A DNA stretch of 64,000 bases from contig CAWBXT010000002.1 in NCBI GenBank assembly GCA_963792765.1, forward strand, positions 66,833 to 130,832, given 5' to 3'. Source of the DNA: an uncultured beta proteobacterium (GTDB lineage Bacteria > Pseudomonadota > Gammaproteobacteria > Burkholderiales > Burkholderiaceae_C). Below are positions 40,532-50,230 of the stretch, piece after piece (the stretch's first letter is position 1; every line of letters starts with the position of its first letter). The notes below the pieces were generated by a model, which saw nothing but the letters and a program-made list of their open reading frames with translations, did not search any database and was not told the DNA's origin. Both the position numbers and the translations under genes were made by a program.

Positions 40532-40613
40532 GAATCGCACCTGATGCCAGGCGACAGACCGGCAAGCGAGGCCACCAGATTTCATCCGCGACACTTTCCA
40601 GAGGGGACCCTTC

Positions 40614-40886
40614 GTGAACAAATCCGAATTGATCGAGCACATCGCCAAGCAGGCTGACATCTCCAAAGCTGCTGCAACGCGCGCGCTGGAAGCGATGATC
40701 GGCGGTGTGAAGTCGACCCTGAAGAAGAACAACAGCGTGTCGTTGGTCGGATTCGGCACGTTCACTGTCAGCAAGCGTGCGGCGCGCACCGGCCGCAATC
40801 CGCGCACCGGCGCGGCGATCAAGATCAAGTCGGCCAAGGTGCCCAAGTTTCGGCCCGGCAAGGGGCTGAAGGACGCGGTGAACTGA
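40614..40886 (+). CDS. hupB: Nucleoid protein HU, beta-like subunit
   Basis: (M)[37 protein letters not shown]...[24 protein letters not shown] start. Confidence 0.96.
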   Translation: MNKSELIEHIAKQADISKAAATRALEAMIGGVKSTLKKNNSVSLVGFGTFTVSKRAARTGRNPRTGAAIKIKSAKVPKFRPGKGLKDAVN

Positions 40887-40949
40887 GCGTGGGCTGCGCC
40901 GCGCTGCGACGGTGTCGTGCCGCGCAGCATATGCGCTAGAACGCTGCTC

Positions 40950-41025
40950 GGGTGCTTAGCTCAGTTGGTAGAGCGGCGCCCTTACAAGGCGTAGGTCGGG
41001 GGTTCGAGCCCCTCAGCACCCACCA
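40950..41025 (+). tRNA. tRNA-Val (anticodon TAC)
   Basis: Hand-folded cloverleaf: acceptor GGGTGCT/AGCACCC, anticodon loop CTTACAA, T-arm GGGGGTTCGAGCCCC, encoded CCA, 76 nt. Confidence 0.93.
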
Positions 41026-41122
41026 CCGAGAGTTGCGCGCGTCGCACGACGCCTGAAGTACCGTGGCCGAGGCTGCCTGCCGCGGCGGGTAGAATTGTTC
41101 GGGCGCAAGATTGGCCGCGAAA

Positions 41123-41154
41123 AAGGCGAACCCCGGTTCGCCTTCTTTGCGTTT
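41123..41154 (+). terminator. Rho-independent terminator
   Basis: AAGGCGAAC-cccg-GTTCGCCTT followed by CTTTGCGTTT. Confidence 0.7.
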
Positions 41155-41210
41155 GACCCGGCGCATCGCTCGCCCCACTCCAGTGCTTCGCTTCCGGTTC
41201 AAGGCTTCTG

Positions 41211-43154
41211 ATGTTTGATTTCATTCGCAAGCACATGCGCGCGCTGCAGTTCGTGCTCGTGCTTCTTATCGTCCCCTCATTCGCTTTCTTCGGGGTGCAG
41301 GGCTACTCGCGGTTGGCCGAAGGCGGCAGGCAGACGGTCGCTCAGGTTGCGGGGCAGGACATCACGCAGGCTGAACTCGACGCTGCCCACCGCCAGCAGA
41401 TCGATCGCATGCGACGCGAGATGCCGACGATCGACATCAAACTGCTCGACACCCCCGAGATGCGTCAGCGAACACTGGAAGGCTTGGTGCGCGAGCGGGT
41501 GATGCTCGTCGCGGCCGACAAGTACCACTTTGCGCCAACGGACGAACGGCTGCGTCACATATTCACATCCGATCCGCAATTTGCCTTCGTTCGCAATCCC
41601 GACGGCAGCGTGAACAAGGATGTGCTCGCGCAGCAGGGCATGTCGTCGGAGCAGTTCGCACAGCGACTGGCGCAGGACATCGCCAAGCGCCAGGTCTTGC
41701 TCGGCGTCGGCGCGACGGTGTTCCCGACAGCCGCTGATAGCGCCGCCGCGATGGATGCGCTGCTTCAGCAGCGTGAAGTCCAGGTGCTGCGATTCGAGAC
41801 CAAGGACTACGCGGGCAAGGTCACGCCGAGCGACGCCGAACTCGAGGCCTACTACAAGAATCCGGCGCACGCGGCGCAATTCACGGCGCCCGAGCAGGCG
41901 AGCATTGAATATGTCGTGCTCGATCTGAACGCGCTGATGGCCGGTGTCGTTGTTTCGGAAGACGACCTGCGCAAGTATTACGCCGAGAACGCGTCGCGCT
42001 ACACGACGCCTGAAGAGCGTCGTGCGAGTCACATCCTGATCAACGCGCCGAAAGATGCGTCGACCGACGTGCGCGCGAAGGCGAAGGCGAAGGCCGAAGC
42101 ACTGCTCGCGCAGGTCAAGGCCAACCCCGACAGCTTTGCCGACTTGGCGAAGAAGAACTCCGACGATCCGGGATCGGCCGAACGCGGTGGGGATCTGGAC
42201 TTCTTCGCGCGCGGCGCGATGGTCGCGCCGTTCGATGAGGCAGCTTTCAAGCTCAAGCCGGGCGAGATCAGCGGTGTCGTCGAGTCCGACTTCGGTTATC
42301 ACATCATCAAGCTGACCGCGGTGCGGGGCGGCGAGAAGCGTAGCTTCGATGCAGTTCGGCCTGAACTCGAGCGCGAGATCAAGACGCAGATCGCGCAGCG
42401 CAAGTTCACCGAGATGGCCTCGGACTTCACCAACACGGTCTATGAGCAGCCCGACAGCCTCAAGCCTGCGGTCGACAAGTTCAAGCTCGAACTGCGGACG
42501 GCTCAGGGCGTCAAGCGCGTTCCGGCGCCCGACGCCACCGGGCCACTGGCGTCGCCTAAATTCCTCGAACAGTTGTTCGGCAACGACGCGTTGCGCAACA
42601 AGCGCAACACCGAAGCTGTCGAATCCGGTGCAAACCAACTCGTCGCCGGTCGTATCGTGAATTACTCGGCGGCACACGTGCAACCGTTCGCCGATGTCCG
42701 GCCCGCGGTGCTTGCGGCCGTCACGGCAGAGATGGCCGCGGCGCAGGCGCGCAAGGCCGGGCAGGAGCGGCTCGAGAACCTAAAGAAGTCGCCGGGTGAG
42801 GCAATCGATGCGCCGGCCGTGACCGTATCGCGCGCGCAGCGCCACGAATTGCCGACGCCACTTGTCGATGCGGTATTGCGAGCTGACGCGAGCAAGCTGC
42901 CGGCCGTCGTGGGCGTCGATCTCGGCGCCGAGGGCTATGCAGTCGCGCGAATCGACAAGGTGCTCGGCCGCGATCCCGCAGCGGGCGATGCCAAGCAACT
43001 CGCAAGCGCCTACGCGCAAGCATGGAGCGGCGCGGAAATGGCGGCCTACTACGACGCGCTGAAGGCGCAGTTCAAGGTCAAGATCGAACCGCCCAAGGTG
43101 ACGGCTGGCGCCTATTCGGTCGCGCCCTCGCCAGCATCGGGATCGTCGAAGTAG
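41211..43154 (+). CDS. ppiD: Periplasmic chaperone / peptidyl-prolyl isomerase PpiD
   Basis: MFDFIRKHMRALQFVLVLLIVPSFAFFGV membrane anchor, a parvulin domain (ASHILI...FGYHIIKL), and the conserved position after hupB-tRNA. Confidence 0.93.
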   Translation: MFDFIRKHMRALQFVLVLLIVPSFAFFGVQGYSRLAEGGRQTVAQVAGQDITQAELDAAHRQQIDRMRREMPTIDIKLLDTPEMRQRTLEGLVRERVMLVAADKYHFAPTDERLRHIFTSDPQFAFVRNPDGSVNKDVLAQQGMSSEQFAQRLAQDIAKRQVLLGVGATVFPTAADSAAAMDALLQQREVQVLRFETKDYAGKVTPSDAELEAYYKNPAHAAQFTAPEQASIEYVVLDLNALMAGVVVSEDDLRKYYAENASRYTTPEERRASHILINAPKDASTDVRAKAKAKAEALLAQVKANPDSFADLAKKNSDDPGSAERGGDLDFFARGAMVAPFDEAAFKLKPGEISGVVESDFGYHIIKLTAVRGGEKRSFDAVRPELEREIKTQIAQRKFTEMASDFTNTVYEQPDSLKPAVDKFKLELRTAQGVKRVPAPDATGPLASPKFLEQLFGNDALRNKRNTEAVESGANQLVAGRIVNYSAAHVQPFADVRPAVLAAVTAEMAAAQARKAGQERLENLKKSPGEAIDAPAVTVSRAQRHELPTPLVDAVLRADASKLPAVVGVDLGAEGYAVARIDKVLGRDPAAGDAKQLASAYAQAWSGAEMAAYYDALKAQFKVKIEPPKVTAGAYSVAPSPASGSSK

Positions 43155-43242
43155 ATCGCGCGGTACCCTGCTCGGCGCGGCGTACACGATCAGCTTTCGC
43201 ATGGGTACATCCCAGGGGCTCGGCTATACTCGATCGCTCTGC

Positions 43243-43319
43243 GGTGGCTGTAGCTCAGTTGGTAGAGTCCAGGATTGTGATTCCTGTTGTCGTGGGTTCG
43301 AGCCCCATCAGCCACCCCA
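43243..43319 (+). tRNA. tRNA-His (anticodon GTG) with encoded G-1
   Basis: G-1 plus GTGGCTG acceptor pairing with CAGCCAC-C, anticodon loop ATTGTGA, T-arm GTGGGTTCGAGCCCCAT, CCA. Confidence 0.93.
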
Positions 43320-43336
43320 CTAGATTCGTACAGCAG

Positions 43337-43360
43337 ACGGCCCTTCGGGGCCGTTTTCGT
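43337..43360. terminator. Rho-independent terminator
   Basis: ACGGCCC-ttcg-GGGCCGT followed by TTTCGT. Lies between tRNA-His and the convergent kinase gene. Confidence 0.75.
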
Positions 43361-43387
43361 TGGGTCTGCGATTCTCGGACGGATCGC

Positions 43388-45565
43388 TCAGCCCCCAGAC
43401 AGAAACTTCGGAATGCGGACGCGGCAGGCGATGCCGGACGGCACCGCCTCGTGCCATTCGACGCTGCCACCGAGCTGCTTGACGCGTTTGCGCACACCGC
43501 CCAGTCCCAAGCCATGCGACCAGCGCTGCGGCTCGCGGCCGTCGCCGTCGTCGACAACGCTCAGTTCCAGCCGGTCGCCTTCGAGTTGCAGCGTGATGTC
43601 GACTCTCCCCGCCCCGGCGTGTGCGATCGTGTTGCTGACGAGCTCGCGCAAGATGCGCGTGAGCGCCGACCACTGCACGACGTTGAGCGAAACCTCACGG
43701 TCGGCGCTGAAACTCCAGCCGAGCACGAGGTCGGCTGCCGTCAGGCGTTGGGTCAGATCGGCCTTCCACTCGGCGGCGGCATGGTTCAGTTGGTGATTGC
43801 CCTTGGCGAGGCCGCGCGTCAAGGTCTTCAGGTCCTTTAGCGTGTGCCGGACGTACTCTTCCATCTCGGGCGACTGCGCCTTGTACATCAGCGTCAGCAG
43901 CCGCGCGCCGATGTCGTCGTGCAAATCCTGCGCGATGCGGCTGCGTTCCTCATTGCGTCCTTGCTCGACCGCGTGGTCGAACGCGACGGCGCGCCGCAAC
44001 TGCTCGACGATGCGGTCGGCGAGCCGCGCGTCGTCGAGCGAGAAGGGGCGTCGCCCGCGCTGCGCGTAGCGCAGGCGCACCGACGTGCTGGCGTCCTGCG
44101 TGGGCGCTTCGCTGGCCAGCACAGGGACGGGCGCGACAAGGCTCGCGCCCTGGTCTTCGACGTGCGCAGAGGTCAGCAGCTCGGTGCCGAGCTCGCACTG
44201 CAGTGGCTCGAAGCAATCTCGCAGCAGCGACAGCATTAACTTTGGCGCACGGTCGGGGTGTGCTTCGAGCTCGCGAGCGCTGCGGTAGAGCTGCTCGAAC
44301 ATGCGCTCGGTCGTCAGCATGTTGCGGCTCAGCAGCTGATTGAGAATCCATTGGCGCGCGCCGACATAGACCGCCAATGCGATCAAGACCGATATCGTGA
44401 GCGAGGCGAACTGGCCGAGCGAGAACAGGTCTACGAACAGCAGATCGAGCGACGCCGCGACGGTGCTGATCGCGGCGAGCAGAGAAAGCTCGCGCAGGAT
44501 TTGCTGCGAGCGAGCGAAGAACGGCACCAGCAACAGCAGCGACGCAAGAAACACGTACCAGATCGTGGAGACGACGCCGACGAGCTGATTTGGGTTGCCG
44601 GTCATCCTGTCGGTGACTGCGAGTGCGAGCGTGAGCAGCGTCCAGGTCGCGACAACGACGATGCCGAATCGGCGCAGCTGCATGACGAGCGGATTCGGTT
44701 GCGCGCGGTAGGCAGCGCTCAGGATCGCGATCGCGACCCCGCACAGCGCGAGTGCGCCGAGCTGCGTCCACCACCAGGCGTAGCGCAGGTGGCCAATGGC
44801 CTGCAGCGCAATGAGCGCGATCACGCCCGCCCAGGCGCACACGACAACCGCCCGCGCCGCAGGGCGGCGGGCCGCGTAGAGGCTGCACAAGTGCACCGCG
44901 GCGGCGGCAGTCACAAGATCGAACGTCGTGCGTGCCGTCGTGTCCCACGCCGTCAGAAGCCGCGGCAGCGTCAGGCTCGGCGTCGACGCGGCGGCGATGA
45001 GGAGGAGGTTGCCGACCTGGCACATCGCCATCAACGCGTAGAGCTGGTTTCGCGCTGAAGGCCCCGCGAGCAACATCACCGTTGCCGACAGGTAGAGCAT
45101 GAGCGCGATTGCCGACAGCAACCAGAAGACGCCGCCCAGGCCACCGAAGCCGATTCGCTTGAGTGGCGCCTCGACAGTCGTACCGTCACCGAAGTGCAGG
45201 CTGGGCGACGGCTGGGCGAGCAGCGCCGACATCCGGGTGTGCAATCGTTGATGCCGCTCGCGCGTGGCGTCATCGACGATCCAGCGCGCAGAGCGCTGCA
45301 ACACAAGGGCATCGGTCAGCTCGACCCTGTCCTCGGCGGCACCGATCGCGATCAGCGACTTGCCGGCTTGCGGTTTGAGTGCGTCCGTCGGACCCTCCGG
45401 CGAGAGCTCGACTCCTCCCGTCGCGCCGACCTGCCAGCGCCCGCTCAGTTGCTGCGGTTCGGCGAGCCAGCGTGCGAGGAGGAACAGGCTGGCGCAACCG
45501 AACAGCGCCGCGAGCGCGAGCAGTCGCGGGCGGCTGCGCCAGCGTGCCAGGCGCTCGTCCGGCAT
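43388..45565 (-). CDS. Sensor histidine kinase with 7TMR-DISM-type sensor (extracellular domain + 7 TM) and HisKA_3/HATPase_c core
   Basis: H-box RSRIAQDLHDDIGARL, N-box RELVSNTIAHA, G-boxes DDGDG and GLGLGGVRKRV, and a block of about 7 hydrophobic helices. Start at ATG 45565. Confidence 0.88.
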   Translation of the reverse strand: MPDERLARWRSRPRLLALAALFGCASLFLLARWLAEPQQLSGRWQVGATGGVELSPEGPTDALKPQAGKSLIAIGAAEDRVELTDALVLQRSARWIVDDATRERHQRLHTRMSALLAQPSPSLHFGDGTTVEAPLKRIGFGGLGGVFWLLSAIALMLYLSATVMLLAGPSARNQLYALMAMCQVGNLLLIAAASTPSLTLPRLLTAWDTTARTTFDLVTAAAAVHLCSLYAARRPAARAVVVCAWAGVIALIALQAIGHLRYAWWWTQLGALALCGVAIAILSAAYRAQPNPLVMQLRRFGIVVVATWTLLTLALAVTDRMTGNPNQLVGVVSTIWYVFLASLLLLVPFFARSQQILRELSLLAAISTVAASLDLLFVDLFSLGQFASLTISVLIALAVYVGARQWILNQLLSRNMLTTERMFEQLYRSARELEAHPDRAPKLMLSLLRDCFEPLQCELGTELLTSAHVEDQGASLVAPVPVLASEAPTQDASTSVRLRYAQRGRRPFSLDDARLADRIVEQLRRAVAFDHAVEQGRNEERSRIAQDLHDDIGARLLTLMYKAQSPEMEEYVRHTLKDLKTLTRGLAKGNHQLNHAAAEWKADLTQRLTAADLVLGWSFSADREVSLNVVQWSALTRILRELVSNTIAHAGAGRVDITLQLEGDRLELSVVDDGDGREPQRWSHGLGLGGVRKRVKQLGGSVEWHEAVPSGIACRVRIPKFLSGG

Positions 45566-45678
45566 GGCCGACACGCGCCCGGTGACCGTGTCAGACGAAG
45601 GATCAATGGAAACCACGACTCGGCCGGAAACGTGCGCGAAGCCGCCGCAGCCTGCCCGGGCGCCTCACGCGGCGACCT

Positions 45679-46425
45679 CTACACCAGCCCCTGCTTGCTC
45701 GCGAGCACCGCAGCTTCGGCACGACTAGAGACGTTGAGCTTCTTGTAGATCGACTTGATATGGTCGTTCACCGTGAACCACTTGATGCCCATCAGGTTCG
45801 CGATCTCCTTGATCGTGAAGCCCTTGCTGAGGTAGGTCAGCACCTCGCTCTCGCGCGGCGTCAGCCGTTCGTGGTCGAGCGGCGCGCCACGCCCAAGCGG
45901 CATCGGGCGGCTGCTCTGCAGACCGGACAGCGGTGCCGGCGCATTGTCGGTCTGGCCGCTCTTGAGCATCGCGGCGCCCGGGCCATGGCGAAAGTGGGTC
46001 AGAAGGCGTCGCGCGATCGCCGGCGACAGCGGCGGCTGTCCGCGCACGATCTTCTGCAGTTCCTCGACCAGCACCTCGAAGCGATCCTCCTTCAGCAGAT
46101 AGCCGTCGGCTCCGCACTGCAACGCGGGAAAGAGGTGATCGTCGTCGGAGTAGAGCGTGGTCACGATCTTGGTTGCCGGGTACTGCGCGAGCAGAGCGAG
46201 CAGTTCCATGCCGTTGCCGTCGGGCAGTTCGAGGTCGACCAGCACGAGCTTGAACGGATCGACCGGCGCCTGGCCCTCGATGATCTGTCCGACGTGGCGG
46301 CGCGCTGTCTCCAGGTCGCCAGCCTCTGAGATCAGGATGGAGTCGCTGAAGCTCTCGCGCACGACGCGGCACAGGAAACTGCGCGCCACGGGGTTGTCTT
46401 CGAGGATCAGCACCTTGACGGCCAT
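45679..46425 (-). CDS. NarL/LuxR-family response regulator
   Basis: REC domain (VLILEDNP...[13 protein letters not shown]) and LuxR HTH ([43 protein letters not shown]) joined by a long Pro/Gly-rich linker. Confidence 0.92.
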   Translation of the reverse strand: MAVKVLILEDNPVARSFLCRVVRESFSDSILISEAGDLETARRHVGQIIEGQAPVDPFKLVLVDLELPDGNGMELLALLAQYPATKIVTTLYSDDDHLFPALQCGADGYLLKEDRFEVLVEELQKIVRGQPPLSPAIARRLLTHFRHGPGAAMLKSGQTDNAPAPLSGLQSSRPMPLGRGAPLDHERLTPRESEVLTYLSKGFTIKEIANLMGIKWFTVNDHIKSIYKKLNVSSRAEAAVLASKQGLV

Positions 46426-46563
46426 GATCGCGTCGTCTCCTCATGCATGCCGGCTCGCCTCGCCGGATCGATTGATCCTAACGCACTCCGTGGATCGGCG
46501 AAACGGCGCGCTGCGCTTCCTTCGCTCGCGCGGTGCGGCCTCCGCACTCCCTACAATCGCGCG

Positions 46564-47323
46564 ATGCGCATTCTGATTGCCAATGACGATGGGTATCTCG
46601 CCCCCGGTCTGCATGCGCTGGTGCAGGCCTGCCAGGGGCTGGGGGAGATCGATGTCGTCGCGCCCGAACAGAATGCGAGTGGTACTTCCAATTCGTTGAC
46701 ACTCGGTCGCCCTTTGTCGGTGTTTGTAGCGGCCAACGGCTATCGGTACGTCAACGGCACGCCGTCTGATAGCGTGCACGTCGCGCTCACCGGCCTGCTG
46801 CCGCAGCGGCCGGATCTGGTGCTTTCGGGCATCAACAACGGCGCGAACATGGGCGACGACACGCTGTACTCGGGCACTGTCGCGGCGGCGATGGAGGGTT
46901 ACTTGTTCGGAATTCCGGCGATTGCCTTCTCCCTCATCGACAAGGGCTGGGAGCATCTGGACGCCGCGGCGCGCGTCGCGCGCTCGATCGTCGACCAGGC
47001 CCTGCGTGCGCCGCGCTGACGCCGCCCCCTGGCTGTTGAACGTCAACATCCCGAATCGCGCCGACGCCGAGAACCTGCCGCTTGCCGTGACCCGGCTCGG
47101 TCGGCGCCACGCGAGCGAGCCCGTGATCCGCCAGACCAGCCCGCGCGGCGAGCCGATCTACTGGATCGGCCCGGCCGGCGATGCACGCGAGGCCGGCGCC
47201 GGGACGGATTTTCATGCGACCGCCCTCGGGCAGGTTTCGATCACGCCGCTGCAGGTCGATCTGACCGAACACCGGACGATCGACGCATGGCGCGCTCTAC
47301 TTGCCGACTCAGTTGCCACATGA
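46564..47323 (+). pseudogene. surE: 5'/3'-nucleotidase SurE, reading frame broken once near 47005-47030 (1-nt indel: real or assembly error)
   Basis: Frame A reads [16 protein letters not shown]...[11 protein letters not shown] then TGA at 47017. Frame +1 continues ...[12 protein letters not shown]...IYWIGPAGD...[22 protein letters not shown] to 47323. A C5 run lies at 47025-47029. Confidence 0.85.
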
Positions 47324-48144
47324 CGAGCGCACAGCGTCCGGCGCCGAAGTTTCCGCTCCCGCTCGAGCGCATCGCGGGCGGCAGTGCGCGGGCCGGCACT
47401 GCGGCGGCGCGCAGCGTGTTGCGGCCGCAGGGGCCCGTCCAGCAGGCCGCGACGGATGCGGCACGACGCGTCGTGCCCTCGGGTCTCGGCCTCGACTCGA
47501 TCGAAGTCCGTCGCCGGATGGTGCAGCGTCTGCAGGCCAAGGGGCTGTCCGCACCGAACGTGATCGCCGCGATGCTTGCGGTTGCGCGTGACCGCTTTGT
47601 CGACGGCGCACTCGTCAATCAGGCTTACGAGGACACGAGCCTGCCGATCGGCCACGGCCAGACGATCTCCAAGCCGTCGGTCGTCGCGCACATGATCGAG
47701 TTGCTGTCGCAAGGCGCGGCTGCGCGCGAGGCAGGTTCGCTCGGGCGCGTACTCGAGATCGGCACCGGCTGCGGCTACCAGGCCGCGGTGCTGGCACAAC
47801 TTGCGCGCGAGGTGATCTCGGTCGAGCGCGTGCGGGCGCTGCACGACAAGGCGCGGACGCATCTGAGCGCGCTACGCGAGATGCGGGTCAGGCTGGTGTA
47901 TGGTGACGGCCGGCTCGGGCACGCGCCCAACGCGCCGTATCGGAGCATCATTGCCGCGGCGGGAGGTGAATCGCTTCCGCAGGCCTGGCTCGATCAACTG
48001 GAGATCGGTGGCCGGCTCGTCGCGCCGGTGCAGTCGAGCGACGGCCGGCAGCAACTGGTTGTCGTCGATCGCGTCGAGCAGGGCTTGCAGCGAAGCTTGC
48101 ATGACGCGGTGCTTTTCGTCCCATTGAAGGCAGGACTCGATTGA
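47320..48144 (+). CDS. pcm: Protein-L-isoaspartate O-methyltransferase
   Basis: [15 protein letters not shown]...[20 protein letters not shown] overlap with the surE end. Confidence 0.93.
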   Translation: MTSAQRPAPKFPLPLERIAGGSARAGTAAARSVLRPQGPVQQAATDAARRVVPSGLGLDSIEVRRRMVQRLQAKGLSAPNVIAAMLAVARDRFVDGALVNQAYEDTSLPIGHGQTISKPSVVAHMIELLSQGAAAREAGSLGRVLEIGTGCGYQAAVLAQLAREVISVERVRALHDKARTHLSALREMRVRLVYGDGRLGHAPNAPYRSIIAAAGGESLPQAWLDQLEIGGRLVAPVQSSDGRQQLVVVDRVEQGLQRSLHDAVLFVPLKAGLD

Positions 48145-49022
48145 TGTTTAGCAGGGCAGCAACAGGTGGGTCGGGCGCGCGCGTGGCCTGGCGATTCTTG
48201 GCGATCGTTTCTATGACGATGGCTCTCGTCGCCTGCGCCGGCAAGAAGACGCGCGCGCCGGTCGAGGATCGCGGGACCAGTTCTGCCGCGGCGGCTGCAT
48301 CGGCGCCGGCAGCCTCCGCGCCGCTGTCCGATGCGGACAAACAGTTGCCCGGGGCCGAGAACGCGGGCAAGGCGGGCTACTACACCGTCAAGCCCGGGGA
48401 TCGCCTTCTTCGCATCGCGATGGACAACGGGCAGAACTGGCGCGATCTGGTCAAGTGGAACAACCTCGACAACGCGAACGTGATCGAAGTCGGGCAGGTG
48501 CTGCGCGTGACGCCGCCGGTGTCCGAAAGCGCATCGGCCAAACCCGTTGGCAACGCGCGCGTCGAGACGCGGCCGCCTGCGGCGAGCGGTGTCGCATCGA
48601 CGACGCCGGTGCCGGCCGCGAGCGCGCCAGCAGCCACACCGATCGCAGGTACCGATGACGTGAATTGGGCCTGGCCCGCGACCGGCCCGGTGATCGCGCA
48701 GTTCGACGAGGTAAAGAGCAAAGGCCTCGTGATCGGCGGCAAGGCGGGCGACCCGGTGTTCGCCGCCGCGGATGGCCGTGTGGTCTACGCCGGCTCCGGG
48801 CTGCGCGGCTACGGCAATTTGCTGATCATCAAGCACAACGACACCTTCCTCACCGCGTATGCGCACAACCAAGCCCTGCTGGTGAAGGAGGATCAGGTCG
48901 TGCGGCGCGGCCAGAAGATCGCGGAGATGGGATCAACCGACGCGGAGGTCGTTCAGTTGCATTTCGAAATCCGGCGCCTGGGCAAGCCCGTCGATCCCAT
49001 CAAGCTCCTGCCGCCGCGCTGA
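48144..49022 (+). CDS. nlpD: LysM + M23 peptidase-family lipoprotein NlpD
   Basis: Lipobox LVAC, a LysM domain (YTVKPGDRLLRIA), and an M23 domain (GYGNLLIIKHND..TAYAHN...LHFEIR). Confidence 0.93.
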   Translation: MFSRAATGGSGARVAWRFLAIVSMTMALVACAGKKTRAPVEDRGTSSAAAAASAPAASAPLSDADKQLPGAENAGKAGYYTVKPGDRLLRIAMDNGQNWRDLVKWNNLDNANVIEVGQVLRVTPPVSESASAKPVGNARVETRPPAASGVASTTPVPAASAPAATPIAGTDDVNWAWPATGPVIAQFDEVKSKGLVIGGKAGDPVFAAADGRVVYAGSGLRGYGNLLIIKHNDTFLTAYAHNQALLVKEDQVVRRGQKIAEMGSTDAEVVQLHFEIRRLGKPVDPIKLLPPR

Positions 49023-49048
49023 CGCGCAGCGCCTGACGGGTATTCGTG

Positions 49049-50041
49049 ATGGCGCGCCGGCATCCGCCAATCGAAGGGGTGTCCGTCGGAGAGCCGGCTG
49101 CCCAACCCGGCGCGCTGCGCGAGGACGATGAGCCCTCGTTGCACGACGCAGCGAGCGAATCCCAGCCCGAGGCCGGCGAGGTGGGCAACATCTTGCAGGC
49201 CTATCTGCGGGAGATCGGCAAGGCGCCGCTGCTGACACCGCAGGAGGAGTTCGCGACCGCAACACGCGCACGCGCCGGCGACTTCGTCGCGCGCCAGGCG
49301 ATGATCGAACACAACCTGAGGCTCGTCGTCAGCATTGCCAAGAACCATGCCGGCCGCGGGCTGCCGCTGATCGATTTGATCGAGGAGGGCAACCTCGGAC
49401 TGATGCACTCGATCGACAAGTTCGAGCCCGAACGGGGCTTCCGCTTCTCGACCTACGCATCGTGGTGGATACGCCAGGGCATCGAGCGTGCGTTGATGCA
49501 ACAGTCGCGCCTCGTTCGGCTGCCGGTGCACGTGGTGCGTGAGTTGCACCAGGTGCTGCGCGCGCGCCGCACGCTCGAGGCGCAGGCCGCGCACTTCGGC
49601 CACGGTGACAAGGTGGTCGTACAAACGGAAGACGTCGCCGCGGCGCTCGGCAAGCCGATCGCGGACGTTGCTGCCCTGCTCAAGTTCGCCGAGTTGCCTG
49701 CATCGCTGGACGCGCCACTCGAACGCGGCTCGAACGAACCAGACGCTGAGACGCTGCTGGATGCAGTGGCCGACGAGCAATCGGTCGATCCGATGAGCCT
49801 GACTCTTGAACACGAAATCGAGAGCCTGCTGGCCAGCGGGATCGGAGCGCTCAACGCGCGCGAGCGCGAGGTGCTGGTCGGCCGCTACGGCCTGGGCGAA
49901 CGGGAGGCAGAGACGCTCGAAGTGCTGGCTCATCGGCTCGGCCTGACGCGCGAACGCGTTCGGCAGATTCAACAAGAAGCGCTCGCGAAACTGCGACGCT
50001 CGATGGCAAGGAGCGGCGTTGACAAGAACGCGATCTTCTAG
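49049..50041 (+). CDS. rpoS: RNA polymerase sigma factor RpoS
   Basis: Region 2 (LIDLIEEGNLGLMHSIDKFEPERGFRFSTYASWWIRQ), region 4 (LGLTRERVRQIQQEAL), and the canonical position after nlpD. Confidence 0.93.
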   Translation: MARRHPPIEGVSVGEPAAQPGALREDDEPSLHDAASESQPEAGEVGNILQAYLREIGKAPLLTPQEEFATATRARAGDFVARQAMIEHNLRLVVSIAKNHAGRGLPLIDLIEEGNLGLMHSIDKFEPERGFRFSTYASWWIRQGIERALMQQSRLVRLPVHVVRELHQVLRARRTLEAQAAHFGHGDKVVVQTEDVAAALGKPIADVAALLKFAELPASLDAPLERGSNEPDAETLLDAVADEQSVDPMSLTLEHEIESLLASGIGALNAREREVLVGRYGLGEREAETLEVLAHRLGLTRERVRQIQQEALAKLRRSMARSGVDKNAIF

Positions 50042-50230
50042 GCTCAGGGTTGTGGCGAGGGCGCAGGTCGCGGGCAACCCAGCGCTGCGGCGTATCAGTG
50101 CGGGCGTGCTGTTGTTTGCTGCGGTGGCGCTCGCGCAAGCCCAAGCGACGGGTGACGCGAAGGACAATGCGGCGGCCGGCATCGGGCGCCAGCACAGACC
50201 GATGCGCAACTGCTCGGATCGGCCCAGGCG

